Below, piece by piece: positions 1 through 4,430 of a stretch of DNA of 5,868 nucleotides (position 1 is the stretch's first letter; each line of letters opens with the position of its first letter). A program made the translations under genes and the position numbers. The stretch spans positions 1-5,868 of the IMG/VR virus record IMGVR_UViG_3300045988_003943; one strand, given 5' to 3'. The stretch comes from a virus. The notes beneath the pieces were generated by a model, which was not told the origin of the DNA, did not search any database, and saw only the letters and a program-made list of their open reading frames with translations.

Positions 1-55
1 AAGCCGTGCTCTTCGAAAGATTTTGTAAAAGCGCTCTTGCCAAAGCCTGTGACCG
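1..55. repeat. Terminal redundancy: 1-55 is identical to 5814-5868 (circular genome, unit length 5,813 nt)
   Basis: Exact 55/55 match between the two window ends. The VP1 reading frame is continuous across the implied junction. Confidence 0.95.
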
Positions 56-1250
56 ACATTGCCGCTACGTTGCCCTGTGGGCTTGTTTCCGTTGTGCCAC
101 TTGTCTGGATTACCTGGTTCATGTTAATCATGATTCGGTCGCCGCCCAGATATTCAGGAATCTGCACCGTTTTGTCGCTGATGCGTGTCCGGAACAAACT
201 GTAAATTTGTTCCCTGTACCTACTGCCGCCTCTGGCCAGTTCTTCAAAGTATTTCTGTACCTGAAATGCCTGTCGTAACTGGTTTATGGTTGCACCGGTT
301 GCTTGGCTTAAATCCGCCCCCATCCATGCACTGCCGTTGTTTAAGCCTCCGCTGTAAAATGTTCTAAATGGAGATGTTTCACCTTCACCCAGGACGTCTG
401 TTTTACCGATTTCTACCTGTTGTCCCGTCGTTGGCGTTCCTGTTGTAAAATAGGTTGCTGTTCCGAATGGCGCTATTGGATTTCGGTATGTCCATGGCGT
501 TTTAAGTTCTTTTTCTTTGTATCCGTAGATAGGCGCATTGCCCAGCATTGGAATTGTTACGCTTTCTGCCGAACGCTGAGGTGAGGGCAAAGTACTGCTG
601 AAATAGTCGTGGAAGCGGTTCACCGGTAGAGGTCTGCCGCCTGTGTATGCTTCCTGCAGAATGGTTTCTAGCGTTGCGTCTTTGCCGCTGTCCTTATAGT
701 CTACATCTGCGTCTTTGTCCGTGTTGATTGCCGGGTTGTCCACGTTCTGGTCCCGGAACCACTCGTTCCAAATCTTGACGTATGCGCGGATAGGAAGCGC
801 GTTGATATCCAGTTCACCGGTTTCGCCAATGATTTTCGTTGGAACGCCCATATAGTCGAGAATGCTGTTTTCCTGTGGGAATTTGTTTTCTGCTGTGCCG
901 CCTTTGATTTTCAGCTGTGGAATAGTGTATTCGGTCTGCTGTACCCATGGATCATCTGTGACTTCGCCCATAAATTCCTTCCAGTGTTCCCACAAAATAC
1001 GGTTAGGACAGAAGAAGTAATAGTAATCCAAGTAACAGTTATCCATTACCGGGAAGATAGGCGTGCTCATGCGCACCAGTCCGACGTTGTCGATTGAAAA
1101 TGTGTCACCGGGAAGCACTTCATCGACGTAGAAAGGAATAAGCTGGCCTGCATCGAATGTCAGCTTGATGTCTTGGTCACGTTTGAAACGACTTCGCGTG
1201 ATTTCCAAGTTCGGCACTTGGTTGAAATGTGCTTCGTTGTTTCGTTTCAT
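1..1250 (-). CDS. VP1: Major capsid protein VP1, N-terminal part (ATG at 1250 reading down to position 1; the ORF continues in frame across the circular junction into 5813->5345)
   Basis: Reverse-complement translation from ATG 1250-1248 gives MKRNNEAHFNQVPNLEITRSRFKRDQDIKLTFDAGQLIPFYVDEVLPGDTFSIDNVGLVRMSTPIFPVMDNCYLDYYYFFCPNRILWEHWKEFMGE..., the classic N-terminus of gokushovirus-type Microviridae VP1. The frame stays open to position 1 and is in phase with the 5345..5813 segment: codon 2,1,5813 is TTT, and unit length 5813 is congruent to 2 mod 3. SD AAGGAG lies ~10 nt upstream inside the end of VP3, and the VP3 stop overlaps the VP1 start as ATGA. Confidence 0.9.
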   Translation of the reverse strand, partial: MKRNNEAHFNQVPNLEITRSRFKRDQDIKLTFDAGQLIPFYVDEVLPGDTFSIDNVGLVRMSTPIFPVMDNCYLDYYYFFCPNRILWEHWKEFMGEVTDDPWVQQTEYTIPQLKIKGGTAENKFPQENSILDYMGVPTKIIGETGELDINALPIRAYVKIWNEWFRDQNVDNPAINTDKDADVDYKDSGKDATLETILQEAYTGGRPLPVNRFHDYFSSTLPSPQRSAESVTIPMLGNAPIYGYKEKELKTPWTYRNPIAPFGTATYFTTGTPTTGQQVEIGKTDVLGEGETSPFRTFYSGGLNNGSAWMGADLSQATGATINQLRQAFQVQKYFEELARGGSRYREQIYSLFRTRISDKTVQIPEYLGGDRIMINMNQVIQTSGTTETSPQGNVAAMSVTGFGKSAFTKSFEEHG

Positions 1251-1738
1251 TCTTTCTTCTCTCCTTTCATTTCGTCAACCACTGGTTTTTCTTCAACCAC
1301 AGGTTTTTGATTCATTCCCAGTGCTTCCATCCAGTCTGCCGTGCCAAATCCTGCAATGAACTTGTCAACGTCATTATCGAATTTTTGCTTAATTTCTCGC
1401 GGCAGTTTATCCCACGTCTGTTCTGCCTGAATCATCAGATTCTGTGCTTCAGCTAGCGTGCTCGGCATGTTCGTGAAATCCTGCGGTTCTGCATCGCTCA
1501 GCTGTGCGCCCAGCTTTTGTACAATGCTCGGGTCAAAAGCTGCGCGGTTGATGATGTTTTCAATTTTCGTTTCTTCGAGATAGCTCTGTATCTCTGCGTC
1601 TCTGTCTATTTCTTCATCTTGCACAAGGCTTTTGTTTCCCTTGTTATCGTATGTCCAACGAAAAGTAAGGCGGGTTTTCCTGCCCGCCTCCGTCTCTTTT
1701 CGTTCTTTCTCGTTATGATTTGCTCGAGTAAAGAACAT
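1247..1738 (-). CDS. VP3: VP3 internal scaffolding protein (163 aa)
   Basis: The C-terminal half DFTNMPSTLAEAQNLMIQAEQTWDKLPREIKQKFDNDVDKFIAGF fits the gokushovirus VP3 signature (..F..LP..IR..F.ND...F..F), which I recall from memory. There is a strong SD: AAGGAGGAAAAAATG. Stop TGA overlaps the VP1 ATG as ATGA at 1250-1247. Confidence 0.7.
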   Translation of the reverse strand: MFFTRANHNEKERKETEAGRKTRLTFRWTYDNKGNKSLVQDEEIDRDAEIQSYLEETKIENIINRAAFDPSIVQKLGAQLSDAEPQDFTNMPSTLAEAQNLMIQAEQTWDKLPREIKQKFDNDVDKFIAGFGTADWMEALGMNQKPVVEEKPVVDEMKGEKKE

Positions 1739-1749
1739 TTTTTCCTCCT

Positions 1750-2013
1750 TTAGATTACTTCCAAGTCTACAGGCGGGTTTGCTTTGCTTTTGCCGTCCTG
1801 CAGTTTGTGCTTGTCGTTCCAGTATTCGCCGCTTTCATCGTCGAACGTTGCGACTTTGAATAGCGTGTAGTCTTTGGCGTTCTTGCGCAGCTGGTTTTCG
1901 TCGTTGCACGCGTCTTTGAATGCCCGGACTGCCGTGCCGTCGTTTACGCTCTCGAACCCGCCCATGAACTGCTCTGCGATGTTGTCGCGGACGCTGTAAA
2001 TGTTGTGAATCAC
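1750..2013 (-). CDS. Hypothetical protein, 87 aa (GTG start), compositionally atypical with high GC3
   Basis: GTG at 2013 is preceded by SD GAGGAGG 9 nt upstream. There is strong codon periodicity with about 75% G/C at third positions (AAC, GAC, TTC, GGC, ATC), versus A/T-rich third positions in VP4, VP1 and M15. Stop TAA is at 1752-1750, immediately before the VP3 SD. The product is MIHNIYSVRDNIAEQFMGGFESVNDGTAVRAFKDACNDENQLRKNAKDYTLFKVATFDDESGEYWNDKHKLQDGKSKANPPVDLEVI. Confidence 0.6.
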   Translation of the reverse strand: MIHNIYSVRDNIAEQFMGGFESVNDGTAVRAFKDACNDENQLRKNAKDYTLFKVATFDDESGEYWNDKHKLQDGKSKANPPVDLEVI

Positions 2014-2112
2014 AGTCTGATGCCTCCTCGCATAGGTTTTGCCGAAAGGTTGATTGCTTTCGTTTTGTTTGCGGTCTTGTTGTAGATTTTTGCATCCTTC
2101 CGTCGCTTGACC

Positions 2113-2340
2113 TTAGTACGCTTCTTCATCGTTTGCCCCTCTTCTCATCAGTTCTATTTCAATACTATTTGCAAAGTCTTTCATTTGCCAGATTTCTTCA
2201 ATCAGCTTTTTTGCGTCTTCTTTTTTTTCGACTTTGCGGAGCATTTTGTATTCGTTGTCTATTTCCTTGTATTTTCGTTTTAGCAGTTCTTCTAGCGCCG
2301 CTTTGGGGGTGTCTCTTGCATTCCATGTCGTTCTTGTCAT
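2113..2340 (-). CDS. Hypothetical protein, 75 aa, highly charged and predicted alpha-helical
   Basis: ATG at 2340 has an excellent SD: AAAAGGAGTAAACCATG. The product MTRTTWNARDTPKAALEELLKRKYKEIDNEYKMLRKVEKKEDAKKLIEEIWQMKDFANSIEIELMRRGANDEEAY has no TM segment and no motif I can assign. It may be a VP5-like accessory protein. Confidence 0.6.
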   Translation of the reverse strand: MTRTTWNARDTPKAALEELLKRKYKEIDNEYKMLRKVEKKEDAKKLIEEIWQMKDFANSIEIELMRRGANDEEAY

Positions 2341-2343
2341 GGT

Positions 2344-2466
2344 TTACTCCTTTTCTTTTTCGTTTGCGTAATCGCGAAGTGCATGGTAGATTTCGTCCAG
2401 CTTTTCAAGAATGTTCATCATGATTTTGATAGCTTCCTTGACGTCCTTGATGGAGATCAGTGCCAT
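2344..2466 (-). CDS. Hypothetical small protein, 40 aa (MALISIKDVKEAIKIMMNILEKLDEIYHALRDYANEKEKE), not in the supplied ORF track
   Basis: ATG at 2466-2464 lies 2 nt after the M15 stop and is preceded by SD AAAGGGGGTG. Stop TAA is at 2346-2344, 3 nt before the next ORF, and its 3' end carries that ORF's SD (GAAAAGGAGTAA). Tight operon packing supports it being translated, but its short length keeps it uncertain. Confidence 0.45.
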   Translation of the reverse strand: MALISIKDVKEAIKIMMNILEKLDEIYHALRDYANEKEKE

Positions 2467-2468
2467 TT

Positions 2469-2858
2469 TCACACCCCCTTTCTGTATTTATTTTCTCGCA
2501 CGTCTATGTGCACAAAATTACTGTATCTGATTACTCCGCCGCCTAATTCGCCGAGCACCTTGCTCGCATATTCTGCCACCTCCTTGCTATTGTGTTTTTT
2601 TACCACAATGTCGGCCGCCATGCCTTTTACATGATAGCTGTTTTTTGCACCGCCTACTTTTGCGTTCCATGTTGGTGTTCTGTATCCTGAATTGATGATT
2701 ACTGGTTCGTTAAAGTGTTCTCTGATTCTTTCTAAGACTGCGAGTAGTTCAGGTGCCCACAAAAATTCTTTTGTTCCGTCTTTGCATCTAAACTCTTCTG
2801 CTTTGAAGTGCTGCGTTAATCGGTCGTTGTTTGTTTGGTTTAGGATTGCTGTACTCAT
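2469..2858 (-). CDS. Peptidase M15_3 family (zinc D-Ala-D-Ala carboxypeptidase-like) cell-wall hydrolase, putative lysis enzyme (129 aa from ATG 2858; the ORF track starts 3 codons earlier at GTG 2867)
   Basis: The sequence ...FLWAPELLAVLERIREHFNEPVIINSGYRTPTWNAKVGGAKNSYHVKGMAADIVV...GGGVIRYSNFVHIDVR carries the M15 signature: SGYR, then N..VGG, then S.H..G.A.D (H and D zinc ligands), then FVH.D (third His). ATG at 2858 is preceded by SD AGAGGTGG at 6-nt spacing. There is no signal peptide and no TM segment. Confidence 0.8.
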   Translation of the reverse strand: MSTAILNQTNNDRLTQHFKAEEFRCKDGTKEFLWAPELLAVLERIREHFNEPVIINSGYRTPTWNAKVGGAKNSYHVKGMAADIVVKKHNSKEVAEYASKVLGELGGGVIRYSNFVHIDVRENKYRKGV

Positions 2859-2879
2859 TTTGACCACCTCTTGTTTGTA

Positions 2880-2907
2880 TTTTATATTTTTCTGTTCGCT
2901 TTGTCAA
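2880..2907 (-). promoter_or_regulatory. Candidate sigma70-type promoter on the minus strand: -35 TTGACA (2907-2902), 16-bp spacer, -10 TATAAA (2885-2880), pointing into the M15 gene
   Basis: Perfect -35 hexamer and a 5/6 -10 hexamer at canonical spacing in the AT-rich region. The predicted TSS at about 2872 is just upstream of the M15 SD. It lies downstream, in the transcription direction, of the terminator at 3353-3321. Confidence 0.4.
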
Positions 2908-2957
2908 GGTTTTTTGTAAAAAATTTTGGCAAAGCAAACAGATGCCCGCGGCAGGCG

Positions 2958-2995
2958 TTTTTAACATTTTCCACAGACTTTTCAACATTTCCACA
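2958..2995. repeat. Iteron-like direct repeat copy A TTTTTAACATTTTCCACA (2958-2975) plus partial copy TTCAACATTTCCACA (2981-2995)
   Basis: Motif TTTTTAACA-(A)-TTTT(TT)-CCACA recurs at 3062-3082. The CCACA/TTCAAC/CAACAA submotifs recur through 2958-3140. Confidence 0.7.
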
Positions 2996-3061
2996 TTGTT
3001 AAACTTTAGCATAACAGAGTGCTGCCGTATTGGTGTATATTCGTTTCAACAATTCAACAAC

Positions 3062-3082
3062 TTTTTAACAATTTTTTCCACA
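3062..3082. repeat. Iteron-like direct repeat copy B TTTTTAACAATTTTTTCCACA
   Basis: Near-identical to copy A at 2958-2975, differing by 1-nt and 2-nt insertions. It is preceded by the tandem CAACAATTCAACAAC. Confidence 0.7.
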
Positions 3083-3180
3083 AGTTTTTTACTAAAAAAA
3101 ACGCATATCTTCGTTGTAAATTATTGCTTTTCAACTTTTAAACTGTCTCTACTACTACTCCTACAACAAGTATATAAATA

Positions 3181-3248
3181 ACACGCATGTGTGCGCGTGC
3201 GCGCGCGTGCGCGTTTCGTGCGCGTGTGCGCATGTGCGCACATGCGTG
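3181..3248. repeat. GC island of two perfect alternating purine-pyrimidine tracts (34 nt at 3181-3214 and 32 nt at 3217-3248), predicted Z-DNA-forming, with 10-bp terminal inverted repeats
   Basis: acacgcatgtgtgcgcgtgcgcgcgcgtgcgcgt / tt / cgtgcgcgtgtgcgcatgtgcgcacatgcgtg. RY alternation is strict within each tract, broken only by TT. CACGCATGTG (3182-3191) is the reverse complement of CACATGCGTG (3239-3248). GC is about 65% against about 25% in the flanks. It contains TGCGCA x2, CATG x3 and GCGCGC. Confidence 0.9.
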
Positions 3249-3254
3249 AAATAA

Positions 3255-3281
3255 GGCAGCCCCTAAGTTAGGGGCGCTGCC
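3255..3281. repeat. GC-rich hairpin (~11 bp stem with a 2-nt bulge, 3-nt loop)
   Basis: GGCAG-CCCCTA-agt-TAGGGG-cg-CTGCC. Outer arms 3255-3259/3277-3281 and inner arms 3260-3265/3269-3274 are complementary. CTAGGGG at 3283-3289 is an alternative partner for CCCCTAA. Confidence 0.7.
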
Positions 3282-3288
3282 GCTAGGG

Positions 3289-3312
3289 GTGTGTCGTGAG
3301 ACACACACTTTT
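3289..3312. repeat. Hairpin GTGTGTC-gtga-GACACAC followed by TTTT
   Basis: 7-bp stem (3289-3295/3300-3306), 4-nt loop, then acTTTT at 3307-3312. This is terminator-like on the + strand only, and there are no + strand genes. Confidence 0.6.
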
Positions 3313-3320
3313 GATTTAAT

Positions 3321-3354
3321 AAAAAACTCCATACCCTAAAGGCATGGAGTTTTA
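3321..3354 (-). terminator. Rho-independent-type terminator hairpin (bidirectional) downstream of VP4
   Basis: Stem AAAACTCCAT (3323-3332) pairs with ATGGAGTTTT (3344-3353), with an 11-nt loop containing an extra CC/GG pair. The minus-strand RNA reads AAAACUCCAU-loop-AUGGAGUUUUUUAUUAAAUC, a stem followed by a U6 run. It lies 60 nt after the VP4 stop. The GC core is only 6 bp, so strength is moderate. Confidence 0.5.
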
Positions 3355-3364
3355 AATCTTATTT

Positions 3365-3412
3365 TGTCATCAAGCCAAGTACCCGCCTTGTCAGGTACTT
3401 GGCTTGATGACA
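3365..3412. repeat. Perfect 19-bp inverted repeat (hairpin with 10-nt loop) abutting the VP4 stop codon
   Basis: tGTCATCAAGCCAAGTACC (3365-3383), then spacer cgccttgtca, then GGTACTTGGCTTGATGACa (3394-3412). The right arm ends 2 nt before the VP4 TAA at 3414-3416. It would be a very stable stem-loop in virion ssDNA and in mRNA. Confidence 0.9.
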
Positions 3413-3413
3413 C

Positions 3414-4430
3414 TTACATAGTTCCGGCCATTTTTCTAAACTTGTGAATTTTACGTTCCTGCGCTGATAAATAGCTTTCAAGCTTAATATCTGTTTGTTC
3501 CATCTTGTTTTTGGTTGAATCCATGGATTTTTGTTGCCTTTGTCGTTTGATTTCCCATAAACGTTCGGGGTCTTCTGCTTCCATCTGTTTTTCAAAGTAA
3601 CGTGGTATTGCCGCTCTTTTACCGTTGCTTAGCTGAATGTAACCTTTTTCCCAGATCTCTTCTTTGTGTTGTAGATAGTATTCTTCACCTAGACCCGGCT
3701 TTAAACTCATCATTGCGAATGGTGGCCTTAATCCTCTTTTGATGTGCTCCATGGTTTCATCACCAATTTTTTTTGTTACATAGCCTGCCGTGTAGCTGTA
3801 TGCTTTGTTTGTCGCTGGTTCGCTCATGTTGTGGATACCATACGGCCAGCATTTTGTTATGCGTGTGTCCGTGTAGTATCCTTCTTTGCTGAGTAGTCTG
3901 TACGGCTCTAGCTTTTCTGGATTGTAATTGAACAAAATCAGATGATAGTGCGGTCTCCCGGTGTGTTCTCCGTATTCACCAGCACAGAAATAGCGTATTC
4001 CCGGCCCTGCGGCCTTTCTGAGACGCTTTAGAAACTTCTGAATGTCCTCATACCATAACGTCTGATTCTCCTTTAAATCGCCTTTCTGCCGCTTGTAGAG
4101 TGCTCCGCGTATTACTTCGCCTGTTTCGTGGTTAACGCCCGGTATGTTTTTATCATCATATGTTAATGTGACAAACCATACTGAGTGCGGTTTACTTGTC
4201 TTTGCTTCCATTTCAATTCTGCAAGCCCAGTCTTCTCTTTTGCGGATTCTGCACCCGATGCATTGCCCGCATGGAATTAGCATAACGTCTTTTCTGTAAA
4301 TTAAATCTTCATAGGTTAAATCAGGATTTTTTGCCCTTTCAACGGCAAAGCGCCGGAGCGTGTAAACACGTCCCGACGCTTCGCGGTCGTCTGGCACATA
4401 AAACCTGATAAGAGGTTTATAACATGCCAT
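3414..4430 (-). CDS. VP4: VP4 replication initiation protein (rolling-circle HUH endonuclease, 338 aa)
   Basis: Motif I is WFVTLTYDD (FuTLTu). Motif II is the HUH motif PHYHLILF. Motif III is YSYTAGYVTKKIG (catalytic Tyr followed by K). There is an N-terminal Cys cluster PCGQCIGCRIRKREDWACR. The start ATG overlaps the VP2 stop as TAATG, and the stop is TAA at 3416-3414. Confidence 0.9.
   Translation of the reverse strand: MACYKPLIRFYVPDDREASGRVYTLRRFAVERAKNPDLTYEDLIYRKDVMLIPCGQCIGCRIRKREDWACRIEMEAKTSKPHSVWFVTLTYDDKNIPGVNHETGEVIRGALYKRQKGDLKENQTLWYEDIQKFLKRLRKAAGPGIRYFCAGEYGEHTGRPHYHLILFNYNPEKLEPYRLLSKEGYYTDTRITKCWPYGIHNMSEPATNKAYSYTAGYVTKKIGDETMEHIKRGLRPPFAMMSLKPGLGEEYYLQHKEEIWEKGYIQLSNGKRAAIPRYFEKQMEAEDPERLWEIKRQRQQKSMDSTKNKMEQTDIKLESYLSAQERKIHKFRKMAGTM

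Noticed and set aside
2859-2867. GTG start at 2867 for the M15 ORF, as listed in the ORF track
   Set aside because: ATG at 2858 has correctly spaced SD AGAGGTGG. The GTG at 2867 lies within the SD itself, so the 129-aa form is preferred.
2788-3012. 74-aa minus-strand ORF overlapping the promoter region and the start of the M15 gene
   Set aside because: It overlaps the predicted promoter and the M15 SD and start in another frame. It has no RBS and is probably a chance ORF in AT-rich DNA.
2958-3248. Possible CRISPR array suggested by the repeated motifs
   Set aside because: The repeats are only 2-3 copies, unevenly spaced, AT-rich, and not separated by unique spacers of regular length. The GC tract is a simple alternating repeat, not repeat-spacer units.
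3223-3254. dif-like XerC/D site (GTGCGCATGTG resembles the E. coli dif XerC arm GGTGCGCATAA)
   Set aside because: Only 8/11 identity on one arm, a poor XerD-arm match, and a wrong central spacer length (~10 instead of 6).
3138-3332. 64-aa minus-strand ORF spanning the GC alternating tract and hairpins
   Set aside because: It lies between the terminator and the promoter. Its composition (runs of RAHA, VVGVVV) is dictated by the (CG/CA)n repeat. No SD.
3181-3360. Small structured ncRNA or tRNA-like element in the hairpin cluster
   Set aside because: No cloverleaf or anticodon-arm geometry. The hairpins are better explained as terminator, origin or regulatory stems. There is no promoter immediately upstream on the coding strand.
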